The notes below the pieces were generated by a model. That model ran no database searches. It was not told the origin of the DNA and saw nothing but the letters and a program-made list of their open reading frames with translations. A stretch of 22,986 nt of DNA, from NCBI GenBank assembly GCA_024626585.2, contig JANKJI020000002.1, positions 4,471,870-4,494,855 of the forward strand, in the 5' to 3' direction. This document shows positions 1 to 11,537 of this stretch, piece after piece. Position numbers and translations under genes: made by a program. Each line of letters opens with the position of its first letter. The first letter of the stretch is position 1. This DNA is from Ginkgo biloba (taxonomy: Eukaryota > Plantae > Ginkgophyta).

Positions 1-1188
1 GTTCAGTTTAACATTGGCTCGGACCATTTCTATCTGTGCTGCTTGTGGTGGGTTTAGTTTATTATCAAAATGGTCATCTCTTGACTCATTCAAATAATTG
101 GTATTTGGACATCTTTGCGATTCTTATTCATGGGTTAAAAAATCAAACATATCATGCCTCACGTAATTTTGCAAACACTTCATACGAAGACACATATAAC
201 AATTTAAGAGGATATGCCATAGTTTGAAGAGACTATTTTTTTGCATTCATTCTATCACTCTTCATGATGATATTTCTCACTGTCCAAGTACTGGTAACAT
301 AGTCCCTTACTATCCTATTGTCAATAACATTGATTGTTTGTTGCCCTATTATTAGTGGAATCCTTACATGTGTCCTCAAGTGAAACCATGCAGGATTTAG
401 GTGTCATTTTTCTTGATTAATTGTTTAAATTTATTAAAAGTAAAAAAGAAGGAAAGAAGAGAGGAAAAGGAACAAATGAAGAAAGCTTTTGAATCTCTTA
501 ACATGGAAAGAAATAAATGATAATGTTATGTGTGCATTTCTTAAGACCAATGTTTTATGTTTTGAATATCAATGAATGAATGAATGGTTTAAATTGAAAA
601 AAATATTTCTATTTCTTGAAATCATATGTTTTAAATAGTTGTATCACATGTTCATTCATATTGTCTTACATTGTACTTCATACACAAACACACTTATTTA
701 TATTCATTGAGTTATGCATGTAGGGTTTGTTCACCCTTATCTATGATTTAGCCAACCGATGAGGGTTGCATGGGAATGGAAACTATACTCATGCACACAC
801 TATCATATTTGTATTTAAACCTCCATCATTGATATTTTGTATTTTAAAGAGATCTAATATTATACTCATCTAACTTATTAAGTTTACTAACATAATTTAG
901 GAATCATTATTATTATGGAGATGGTGTATATAGAAATCTTAAGGGAAGGAATTTGGAACTAATATGATAATATTAATTCATGTCTATGAATAAGAGATAA
1001 AGCGGTGAATCTACTTAAAATCATAGTAGTAGTGTGATAAATTTATAGTTATTAGTGAATCCTTAGGCTCCCATAATTTTTATAATAANNNNNNNNNNNN
1101 NNNNNNNNNNNNNNNNNNNNNNNNNNNNNNNNNNNNNNNNNNNNNNNNNNNNNNNNNNNNNNNNNNNNNNNNNNNNNNNNNNNNNNNN

Positions 1189-2600
1189 ATCTATCTGAGG
1201 ATGAAAAGAGGTGGACATCTTTAGTTTGGTGTCCATCATCTCCTAAAGGTGTGTCCAGAAATGGCTCAAAAAGTGACCATCTCTATCATAAATAATGGAA
1301 GAAGGCAAACTTTAATGAGTCCAAACATAAATAAAAAATAACCTGGTAACTTGAGGTTATAAAATTATCTTCTAGTAATCCATCAATATGGCCATCTTAT
1401 TAAACATATCCACCACAACATATATATAATCATGGCCCCTCTAAGCCAATGGTAAACCTCTTAGAAAATCCATGGAAATGCACTCCCATGGTTGATCTAG
1501 AACATGTAGTAGTTGATACTTCCTAAGCTTCTTATTAAAATATTTTGAAGTGTAACATAAAGAACATCTTCTAACAAATGTATCTACATCCAACTATATC
1601 CTAGGCTAATAAAAATAGTGCTAAAGTTACGTCATTGTCTTTTGTATATTAAAGTGCCTTGGCACTTTGGAATGGTGTTCCTCATGAATCAATTAAGGGT
1701 GTTAAGTGCCACTAGACACACACAATAATCTAAGTCTATATAGTAATCCATCCTTGAGGTGATAAATCCTTAAGGAATACTCTTTAAAAAAAAGAGTGTC
1801 TAATAATTGAGTCATAACATGTTCATAATTAACATCAAATAAATATAAATCTTTCCATGAAGAAAATATAAAATAAGAGGAATAAAATACCTACAATAAG
1901 GAATGTACTAGTGGTCTACTAATAAAAAATTCCATTATGTTTATGGTCCCCATCTTGTACTTGATTATGATGTGAAATTGTTAGAGATACTCCATCTACT
2001 TGACTAACTTGTGGTCCTCTATCTTTGACTATGAGTGAAGGAAATATAGAGTTTCATGGCCTAAATGAATAATTGTCTCCTTTCTAATGATATCATGCAT
2101 CCAATGCTTCATAGTCTTGAATATAGCATATATATCATTCTAATATTTACTTTATCTATAGGTTTTATTTGAAAAATACTTTGAATGATAGGAAACTATC
2201 TTTTCTTATTATGTGACAACTTCTCCCATAGCATATTCTAATGCATTTTCCTTTGCCTCAAAAGATTATAAGAGATTAGTCATAGAAAAAAATAGTTATA
2301 TACATGAATTATTATTTAATAAATAAAATGTATCATATTGTTATTTACCCTAATTAAAGGCTTTCTTATCCTTAATAATCAAATGAGGAGGAGAATCAAT
2401 ATTAGAATAAACAAGTATAAACTTTCTATAAAATTTAGTCAAAACCAAAAAGATGTGTAACTCATTCACATTAGTTGGTCACCCCCAATTTATCAATAAT
2501 TAAATATTAGTGGGATATACTTTGAATCCATTCTTATTGTATACATCTAAATATCACCATCAACATTTATATTATTCTACTTTATTAATGTAAGTTTACC
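1189..2600 (-). mobile_element. pol: Degenerate Ty3/gypsy chromovirus (CRM-like) pol remnant: RT C-terminus/connection, RNase H, integrase zinc finger and core
   Basis: Manual minus-strand translation. RT end: GFKVYPTNI*LLINWG*PTNVNELHIFLVLTKFYRKFI. RNase H: SFEAKENALEYAMGEV...YAIFKTMKHWMHDIIRKETIIHLGHETLYFLHS*SK...*MEYL*QFHIIIKYKMGTINIMEFFISRP. Integrase: DGLLYRLRLLCV...EEHHSKVPRHF...FVRRCSLC...QPWECISMDFLRGLP...GHDYIYVVVDMFNKMA...LPSSIIYDRDGHFLSHFWTHL*EMMDTKLKMSTSFHPQID. Many stops; both ends run into N gaps. Confidence 0.9.
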
Positions 2601-3949
2601 TTNNNNNNNNNNNNNNNNNNNNNNNNNNNNNNNNNNNNNNNNNNNNNNNNNNNNNNNNNNNNNNNNNNNNNNNNNNNNNNNNNNNNNNNNNNNNNNNNNN
2701 NNGGGAATTGAAATTAGAAAAAAGGAAAGGATTTTATTTTATTTTATTTTTCTCTCTCTATATGTTTGGGAGTTTCCATTGGGAAGGTTGATCCTTTTCA
2801 TACCATTCTTATTTTTGTCGTATAATAAATAGTTTATTGGGGGGATTCTTTAAGGGGAGAAATGTAATTTACCTTTATTCATGTATGTGTTTTCATGATT
2901 CTCCTTTTACATCCTTTTTATGAAAATAAAATTGAAAGATAGAATTNNNNNNNNNNACATTTGAATAAAAAATAAAAAGTTTATTTTGAATCATTTACTT
3001 TCTATTCATAACTTTTGATACACATCTTGACATGAGGTGTGCGGTGAAAATCATAAAGTTGTTGTTTATCCATGGTTTGGGAATGAGTTTATTATTGTAG
3101 TAACCATGGGTTAGGGACTAAACAAAAAGGGTACCAAAGCATAGGTGGGTTATCTCTACACCATGTTCTTTGGGTTGATTTGAGGATCTTGGCCAGTTTA
3201 AGAATCTCCTTTATAACATCTATTAGGGACCTCATCCTTCATATTTTGATTTTATTGGGGGAGCTCTAGGACTTGAGGATTTTCTTGGTTGATACCAAGG
3301 TTAATTATATCATACTAGGTGTATTTAGGATGCATACTAGTGGATACCACCCAACATTGATTGGTTGAGGATATTTTAAAGGTGAATTAGTTTATCCACT
3401 TAGGAACTTCTAACTCGCCCATAACTTTGGGGTGACATATTGATTTGATAGCCTAAAGGATAAATATTCTTTTTAAAATGGATTTTTTAATATATATTTG
3501 AGACAAAACAAAAAAATAATAATTAGAAAACCTTTTTTATCAAACATTAGCCATTTTTAGATTTTATTTCTATTCTTTTATTTTATTTTTGTTGTTTATT
3601 TATCTTATTATGGATTACTTGTTCTGTGCTCTCCCTATGGGTCAAAGAATTTTTTTGAGAATTAGAGGGAAGCCACCTAAATATGAAACTTTCCTTATAG
3701 GACATCAAGTTAGTAGAGGCCCTCTTGATGTTTTTAGGAATGAAGAAACATCTTATCTTGTNNNNNNNNNNNNNNNNNNNNNNNNNNNNNNNNNNNNNNN
3801 NNNNNNNNNNNNNNNNNNNNNNNNNNNNNNNNNNNNNNNNNNNNNNNNNNNNNNNNNNNNNTACTTGTACTATGATTGTATTAAAAAATGGGCATACTTG
3901 GGATAAAATTTACATTATGTATAATATATATAAAGTTATTTTTTCTAAT

Positions 3950-5303
3950 TTATAAATAAAAATGTTTCACATATTTCCCATTGATTGGAATAGGAAATAA
4001 ACTTCCATCTTGATGATTTATGTTGAATTCATTATCTCTAATTAGTTTGATGACTTCATATGGTCCTAGCAAAAGNNNNNNNNNNTTGAGTTCTTAATGA
4101 GCACTGTGTTTGTCCCTTTCTTTGTTCCACATCAATATGCAATCACCCGTTTGGAATTCATTTCTTGATTATTTATTATTGAAGCTCCATTTGATCTTAT
4201 ATTAATGTTTATAATAAAGTAGGATAATATCCTGCCTCTTCTCTTCTAATTACAGGAGGTTGAATAAGTGTCATTCAACGAGGTCATTTCTAGAACCTTC
4301 ATTGCTTTCTTGTATCACCAATTTCAATGCTATAATCTAGAGATTNNNNNNNNNNNNNNNNNNNNNNNNNNNNNNNNNNNNNNNNNNNNATATAAGGAAC
4401 ACCTAAGACTAACTTTTGGGGTGATTTGAACTACTCACAAAGCTAATCATAACTTAGTGTGCCAATATCTTTGATTATCTTTCACCATCCTCTTTAGAAT
4501 CTTAATTAGAATTTTATTGGTTGATTCTACTAAACCATTACCTTGGGTATAATAGGGAGAGGAGGGAGTTAGGAATATCTTGTAAGTGATATAAAAATCA
4601 ATCATCTCAATTACCATATATGAAGTTATATTATCTAATATAATTTTTTTGGGAACCCCAAAATATGATAGAATATTATTCTATAGGAATTGGATGACTT
4701 CATTGAAGGAATCCTTCTTAAGGGGAGTCTCCTTGAACTATTTAGTAAAATAGTCAATATCCATGAAAATATACATGTTCCATTTACTTAAAGGTGGATT
4801 GATGGGACCAATAAAATCCAAACTCCCATAAGTAGATGGCTCATCAACTATGATAGGATACAAAAGCATGGCCACCAACTTCTCTTTTCTCGCAAACTTT
4901 TAGCATGATATACATGCTTGAACCATATTGAAGGTGTCTTAATATAAATGAGCTAATAGTAACCTTCCTAGATAATATTATAGGTGGTATTTTGAGAAGA
5001 ATAATTCTCCCCATAAACCCCTGAATGAAACTCCTTCAACACTTGGTGAGTGTGGTCTAATTTGAGACATCTAAACAATAGACCATCATAAATTCTCCTA
5101 AGAATTATCTCATTGATAAGAACAAAATTGGTGGATTTCAACTTTATAGTCCCATTTTTATTCCTCATTAATACTTTGGGAAATACTCCATTGTGTAGAT
5201 AAAATATGATCTCTTGATGTCTTGACTTTGAATCTAATGGGACAATATCAATCTCAATATTTGTAGAACTCTACTCATCTTCATGTAGGGAAACCTCTAA
5301 GAG
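3950..5303 (-). mobile_element. pol: Degenerate Ty3/gypsy (non-chromovirus, Tat-like) integrase, N-terminus to stop codon
   Basis: QEIIFYLHNGVFP...YDGLLFRCL...VLKEFHSGVYG...ACISC...LDFIGPINP...DYF..., then SPYYTQGNGLVESTNKILIKILKRMVKDNQRYWHTKL*LAL*, and a GPY/F tail LLGPYEVIKLIRDNEF...PIPINGKYVKHFYL* with the stop at 3950-3952. Includes ORF 4968-5168. Contains stops, frameshifts and small gaps. Confidence 0.92.
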
Positions 5304-5619
5304 NNNNNNNNNNNNNNNNNNNNNNNNNNNNNNNNNNNNNNNNNNNNNNNNNNNNNNNNNNNNNNNNNNNNNNNNNNNNNNNNNNNNNNNNNNNNNNNNN
5401 NNNATTTGAATTTGTAAGAACATATCATATGGAATTATCCAACTACCTCTATGATAATTTTGTAGCAATCCCATGACATTATCAAATATCTACAAAAATA
5501 TATAGTCAGTATTAGTCTTCTAGATGCCCTCAAAATCGCTCAGCAAAGGGATAGCTTTCTTAGAGTTCTTGATTCCTCACATGTTAATCTAGATAATTTA
5601 GTTGTTAATAGTAAAGGAA

Positions 5620-5990
5620 TTCCTCCTTTATAGATGTGTGTGTAGATCAATGATGTTACAGTAAGTAACTATTTTATTGATATAAGGGAATCTCATAATA
5701 TTGTGTCCTATTTTGTTATGAAAAAACTAGGGCTCGACATCACTGAAACCTATGATGATAGCTTGAAATATTTTGAATATCATAGGATTAAACCATTAGG
5801 TCAAATTAAGGATGTATGTATTTTAATTAAATATCCTAATCTATGTGCAGTATCGACCTTCATTGTAATTGATGTTGAAATCGCTTATACACTTCTTTTA
5901 GGTCAGCCATGGATTGACCAGTATAAGGTCAATATTAATATGCATTGAAATTTTTTGACCTTACCATACAGTGGTGGCATAGAAACTATT
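5620..5990 (+). pseudogene. Retrotransposon aspartic protease relic
   Basis: GIPPL*MCV*INDVTVSNYFIDIRESHNIVSYFVMKKLGLDITETY...LGQIKDV...IVIDVEIAYTLLLGQPW. DIRES sits at the D-S-G-A-S catalytic position (~5679) and LLGQPW matches the LLGRPW-type C-terminal motif. Overlaps ORF 5703-5948. Confidence 0.85.
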
Positions 5991-6145
5991 CAATGAGAAG
6001 ATCAAAAATTTAATTCATTTTAGTATCTTAGAATGAGACTTCCAGATTAGACCAAAAACTTATCCTCACAAAATCAGGGAGTGACACCTATTTTATCTCT
6101 AAGGAGATTCATCTAGAAACTAGTCTCATAAGAAGAAAAAGTACC

Positions 6146-6530
6146 TAGAGTTTAAACTTAAATGGGGAAAGAAACCAAAATGACATTGGAATAAGATCGA
6201 TGCTCCAAAATGAGACTAATATATCATTCTAATTTAGCATCCAGTTGGAGTTTTCTTATTCCAATATTGTAGCTAAATATGAAGCCTTCATAGCACGATT
6301 GCCAAAATATCTAGAATTAAAGATTACTTCTTTACATGCTAATGGGAATAGTGATCTCATTGTGTCATAGATTAAGGTCACTTCTCAGGTTAGAAATTCC
6401 CTCCTATATCAATACCACAAAATGGTCCAATCGCTTATTTTGCATTTTGACTATTTCAACATTTCCTATATACCGAGGAGTCAGAATACTGAGGCAGATA
6501 GCCTTGCAGTCTCAGCTTCACTATTTAAAC
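6146..6530 (+). pseudogene. Additional (archaeal/plant RNase HI-type, aRH) RNase H domain relic
   Basis: *SLNLNGERNQNDIGIRSML (W..FDG....G.G) ... LEFSYSNIVAKYEAFIARL (TNN.AEYEAL..GL) ... GNSDLIVS*I (GDS.LIV.Q) ... FNISYIPRSQNTEADSLA (IPR..N..AD.LA). Overlaps ORF 6422-6613. Confidence 0.88.
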
Positions 6531-6914
6531 CCAATCCTAGGATTGCGATTAACTCTTATCCTATTAAAATTTGTTATCAGCCCATTGTTTCTGACAACGA
6601 AGAATACTTGTAGGTTTACAATAGCAATGAAACAATCTGTTGTTTCTTAGAAGAGAGACCTGAGGATTTTGGAATGTATTATCATCCCAACAAAACTCCC
6701 CAGAGTTTAGGCATCTTGAAGTCAATGTTCGCAACTAATGACATACCTAAACACCCAAAGTTGGCTAATGAGCCACCTATCTAGGAGATAGGGGAAACAA
6801 TTTCTCTGAGTAATGGGTTTGACGTCGAGTCTCATCACCTCCTCAATGAAATTGATTTTACACCTTTTGAATAAGTCAGGATTTGATAATTGTTCTTATC
6901 ATCTTGGGATTGCT

Positions 6915-7160
6915 ATGAATAGTCTTATGAGGAACTCAAGGTTTTCAACTTTAAAGTTCCCTCCCATCAAATTCCCCTTAGCATTGAGGTCAAACCTTTT
7001 TTTTTTTTTTTATAAGTGACTAATTTGATTCACAACACTATTATTGAAAAGGAGGTTGAAGAGATTCTAACTATGAAAGTTATCTTTCCTATTGACTATT
7101 CTATCTTGATGTCAAATATAATACCTATTAATATGGAAAATAATCAAATTTAAAACTTGA
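6915..7160 (+). pseudogene. Reverse transcriptase N-terminal relic
   Basis: SYEELKVFNFKVPSHQIPLSIEVKPF...IIEKEVEEILTMKVIFPIDYSILMSNIIPINMENNQI matches the Tat-type RT start (WSY.DLK...H.IPL...KPF...KE..KLL...I.P...S.W.SN.VPV.K.NG.IR). A T run interrupts it at ~6977-6991. Confidence 0.8.
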
Positions 7161-7199
7161 ACATGGTAACACAAAAATTCTACTTTTTTGTTATGTATA

Positions 7200-7440
7200 T
7201 TAAATAAATTATTGACCAAGATTTCAAGTCATGAATCAATTTTTGAGGAAAGAGAAACATACATATATGGAACAAGACAAAGAAATACCCTAGGAAGCAT
7301 ACAAAACTTTAATACCTTTGGACTAGGCCATACATCAAAAAGAAAAGTCATGGTAAGTATTTTTATCTATTTTCCCACCTAGATGGTGCCTTTTTCTAGT
7401 ATCTAACGAATGACCAATATTTAAAAAAGTCATACATGAA
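7200..7440 (+). pseudogene. Integrase C-terminal (GPY/F) relic
   Basis: WNKTKKYPRKHTKL*YLWTRPYIKKKSHGKYFYLFSHLDGAFF*YLTNDQYLKKSY aligns by eye to the tails of the other integrase copies in the window (W.K....G.H.KF..LW.GPY.I......F.L..LDG.....NG.YLK.F). Confidence 0.75.
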
Positions 7441-7466
7441 TGCATTAGTTTCCCTATATATTTCTC

Positions 7467-7516
7467 TAGGGTTTTTTGTTTTTATTTCTAGGGTTTTCTA
7501 TTTCTTGTATTTCTAG

Positions 7517-7548
<32 letters not shown>
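7467..7548 (+). repeat. Three TAGGGTTT (telo-box, AAACCCTA on the minus strand) motifs about 22-25 bp apart, running into a poly-T tract
   Basis: TAGGGTTT at 7467, 7489 and 7514, followed by about 30 T just before the large gap. Confidence 0.7.
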
Positions 7549-7550
<2 letters not shown>

Positions 7551-7563
7551 CTCTTTGTTTTTT

Positions 7564-8316
7564 NNNNNNNNNNNNNNNNNNNNNNNNNNNNNNNNNNNNN
7601 NNNNNNNNNNNNNNNNNNNNNNNNNNNNNNNNNNNNNNNNNNNNNNNNNNNNNNNNNNNNNNNNNNNNNNNNNNNNNNNNNNNNNNNNNNNNNNNNNNNN
7701 NNNNNNNNNNNNNNNNNNNNNNNNNNNNNNNNNNNNNNNNNNNNNNNNNNNNNNNNNNNNNNNNNNNNNNNNNNNNNNNNNNNNNNNNNNNNNNNNNNNN
7801 NNNNNNNNNNNNNNNNNNNNNNNNNNNNNNNNNNNNNNNNNNNNNNNNNNNNNNNNNNNNNNNNNNNNNNNNNNNNNNNNNNNNNNNNNNNNNNNNNNNN
7901 NNNNNNNNNNNNNNNNNNNNNNNNNNNNNNNNNNNNNNNNNNNNNNNNNNNNNNNNNNNNNNNNNNNNNNNNNNNNNNNNNNNNNNNNNNNNNNNNNNNN
8001 NNNNNNNNNNNNNNNNNNNNNNNNNNNNNNNNNNNNNNNNNNNNNNNNNNNNNNNNNNNNNNNNNNNNNNNNNNNNNNNNNNNNNNNNNNNNNNNNNNNN
8101 NNNNNNNNNNNNNNNNNNNNNNNNNNNNNNNNNNNNNNNNNNNNNNNNNNNNNNNNNNNNNNNNNNNNNNNNNNNNNNNNNNNNNNNNNNNNNNNNNNNN
8201 NNNNNNNNNNNNNNNNNNNNNNNNNNNNNNNNNNNNNNNNNNNNNNNNNNNNNNNNNNNNNNNNNNNNNNNNNNNNNNNNNNNNNNNNNNNNNNNNNNNN
8301 NNNNNNNNNNNNNNNN
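7564..8316. other. Largest assembly gap (one of ~20 N runs)
   Basis: Run of N. The long ORFs 7476-8633, 7547-8476 and 7555-8331 are artefacts of reading through N. Confidence 0.98.
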
Positions 8317-11300
8317 CTACAAATATTCTAGTATATTCTATTAAACTTGTTCTATCTCTTTCCCATGGAGTCGGTGTCGACATGGATTTGTGGTTGTCAT
8401 TATTTATTGTATATATTTTTATTTGTTCATATTTTTTTCTAGGGTTAGGGGGCTTGTCCCACCCTTGCTCATTCATGTTGATGCTTTTCTTTTGTTCTTG
8501 CAGGACCTACTATCCTCTAAAGTCCTTAGGCTTAAGGATGAATTCTCCATTATTGGTAATTTACCCAAATTTCATTACCTTTTTGCTAAAAAATCCTTTA
8601 AAACCCTTTTATTTCTTTTTTAGTGAATTTTAAGACCATATTGAGGATGCATGTGACTAAAATAATATATTTTCCTACTTTCTTGGCATGCCTAATGAAT
8701 TATTAGTTTAAATCACTTGAGATTTAAAAATATAAAAAGGAGCATGAGAAAGCCTAATGGTTAGACAAATATTGTGGGAAAAGGTTTAAATTATTTGGGG
8801 AGAATTTTTGGAAGGGATATTATGCAAGAATAAAAGCTTATAGTCATAATTTTAGCTTGAATCTATCTGATTTTTCAATATATTTAGAGGTAATTCNNNN
8901 NNNNNNNNNNNNNNNNNNNNNNNNNNNNNACATTTGAAATCAATCTAATGGTTACATTCTCTAAACTAAATCTATTTTCTCTATCATGCATTCTTGAACT
9001 TCTTCTCCTATCTTGTGTACCCCAATAAATCCTATGAGTTTTAGAACTATTAAATATTCTTCTTGGTCACCTAGATTCATTGTATGAGAATGACAACTTA
9101 TTATGCTATGCAATGTTAAAACTTGTTCCACTTTTTTATCAATTTGTAGATTATTGAACCATCCATTTTTTTGTTGCAAAGACATGCTATACTACTACAA
9201 ATGTCTACTCTTGGGCCTTCATTGGTCACTCAACAAATGTTTAGTCCTCTTCTTGAGGGAGTTGTAGAAGCTACTATTTGTGCATAGTACATAGCCCTGT
9301 GTTCACCCATTTTTCCAAGTGTTGACCCTTCCTAAATACTAAAAATACCTTATCTAGTCTTTCTAATTTCCATTACAACATCTATCACATTCCCAATAGT
9401 TCAATGATCTAATTTTCACTTGGAAAAAAATATTTGAAGCAGAAGTGAGAGAATTCAATCATTCCCTACGTTTCCATGATGGTATTACTAATTTTTTATC
9501 AATNNNNNNNNNNNNNNNNNNNNNNNNNNNNNNNNNNNNNNNNNNNNNNNNNNNNNNNNNNNNNNNNNNNNNNNNNNNNNNNNNNNNNNNNNNNNNNNNN
9601 NNNTTTCAATGTTATACATAATGAAACCTTTGATTCTAACATCATTTACCTATATGAAGATGTTGACTAGCTTGGATTTTTATTTATTCTTTATTTTAGG
9701 TGTTTTCAAATTAAAAAGTGGTGTAATATTTTATGAGATCCTCATAGATATTAATGGAATCTTAAGAGTTGGAATCTTTAATTTAGGAAAGGCATAAGTA
9801 TTTATAACTCTAACATTATATTACGGTATATATTAAGTTCCTATATGATATCATAGTCAGTAATGAATGTATGATTTTTGTAAGGAAATACATTAGGAGA
9901 ACATTTTTCATCTTAGGTTGGAATTCTCAAGGGTACTCTTAATTGTGATAAAATGTTAATATCAACATTTTTTCTAAGCTCATTGCCTTATTTTATTTCA
10001 TCGATAGACCTAGTTATAATTCTAGTACCTTAATCTATCCTAGTCATAAGTATTACATAGGTAAGACTCCCTTTCCTATTATCCTTATTTGTTTCATACA
10101 TATTTGGATTTAGGATAGATTTTTTATATGATGTGCATCTAACCTTGCATTTCCTTTTACTCTCCATATCAATATATTAATTAATTACTCATTATTTTAT
10201 AAAATTTATGCAACCAAAACCACATTATATACTTAATTGAAAAAATAATTATTTGAGTAATTAAATTAATATATTAAGAAAAATTAATTAATTCTCTTTT
10301 TCATGATTATCTATAGGGTTAAAACCCTTTAATCATGATCCATTTAAGATATATTTTATTTATTAAATAAACTATTAGCTATTTATTGAATTTCCATCTA
10401 ATTAAGGAAAGTAACTTATAAAATGCTTTTTAATTTATCATTGGAATTACCAAAATTTTCATAGGATTTTCTTATAAAGCTATGTATTAATCTCATTCTC
10501 ATGGGATTTTTAAGTCATAGTTTTTGGTAATCAAGAGTTTAATATTTTATGTCTATTATCTATGGATTTTATCTTTCTTGAATCTCTCTCTTAATGTTTT
10601 TCTTTTTTATTTTAACATGATACTTAATTAAGTATTATATTCGTATACTTAGAGGATATACTACATATGCCAATGCATCAAATTCGCATCAATTATTATT
10701 AGATCCCTATAATGAGATATACTTTTTTTACTAAAATTAGTCTGTATCCTAATTATTATTAATCATCTAAGTTGCATATAGTTTTTCATTTTTTTATGGT
10801 TTTTAGCCTATACCCAAAACCACTTCATTTTCACACAGTGATTTTATCTTAGTTGTGCCAAAAAAATTCTATACAATATTAAAGAGCCTCCCAAAAGATG
10901 ACTTGAAATCCTCAAAACCACAACTCACTACTATAACTATGTAATTTCTTAATAGGTCAATTTTTAGAGTTAAAACTACCATGTTGATATCTCTCTATTC
11001 TACATAATTATTCTTACTCTTAAAGACTTCCAAAGATGGGATGACCTCTCTATAGTAACACAAATTTTTAGGTTATCTCCTCAAGCTTCCAATAACCCAC
11101 ATATTTTTTTAAGATTAATATACAAGACCGTAGTTTATTATAGAATGTTAATAGACCTCTTCTACACATTATTATAATTTCTGACCTCTATTGAAATCGT
11201 AAATGTAGTCATCTACCGCTCAGTTTCGATAAAACCTCTCTCCAAATGGAAAACAATCACGACGATTCAAACGTAGGAGGAATATTAAATCATACTACTA

Positions 11301-11468
11301 AAATAATTGGTGCCACCAACACTAAAAAACAATAAAATAATCCAACTTGTGAAGTTAGAAGCTAATGAGGTTGGTGTGTGAAATTAATGATCTAGTTTAC
11401 CTGGAAAGTGAAAAACAATAAAATAATGTAATTTTGTAGTTTTAATAACGCAGTTGACGAGTGAAGAT

Positions 11469-11537
11469 AATTTTTCCATTTTACGTGCAACCTGAAAATG
11501 CAATTTTTTCCATTTTGTGCAACCTAAAAATGCAATT
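11469..11537 (+). repeat. Two-copy ~32-33 bp tandem repeat
   Basis: aatttttccattttacgtgcaacctgaaaatgc / aattttttccattttgtgcaacctaaaaatgc / aatt. Confidence 0.85.

Larger units (their letters stand above)
5500..7440 (+). mobile_element. pol: Degenerate Tat-lineage Ty3/gypsy internal region with order protease - additional RNase HI - RT N-terminus - (deletion) - integrase C-terminus
   Basis: Gap-free stretch carrying four collinear domain relics, listed as sub-features. Confidence 0.88.

Noticed and set aside
36-227. 63-aa ORF as a host gene exon
   Set aside because: Non-ATG start, no recognisable motif and no supporting exon structure.
3950-7440. Divergent (head-to-head) INT and PR-aRH-RT as one rearranged element
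   Set aside because: The strand switch coincides with a 100-N gap, so orientation and adjacency may be scaffolding artefacts.
7476-8633. Longest ORFs in the track (385, 309, 258 aa) and other X-filled ORFs
   Set aside because: Open only because they read through N gaps.
8961-9480. Minus-strand ORF 8961-9185 and upstream sequence as a gag relic
   Set aside because: No zinc knuckle or other diagnostic motif could be read.
9661-10617. Solo LTR bounded by TGTTGA...TTAACA
   Set aside because: No target-site duplication, PBS or PPT; such termini arise by chance in AT-rich DNA.
11305-11325. TGGTGCCACC as a Tat/Athila-type PBS
   Set aside because: Short partial match with no convincing LTR end adjacent.
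11469-11537. CRISPR-like repeat
   Set aside because: Only two adjacent copies, no spacers, eukaryotic TE context.
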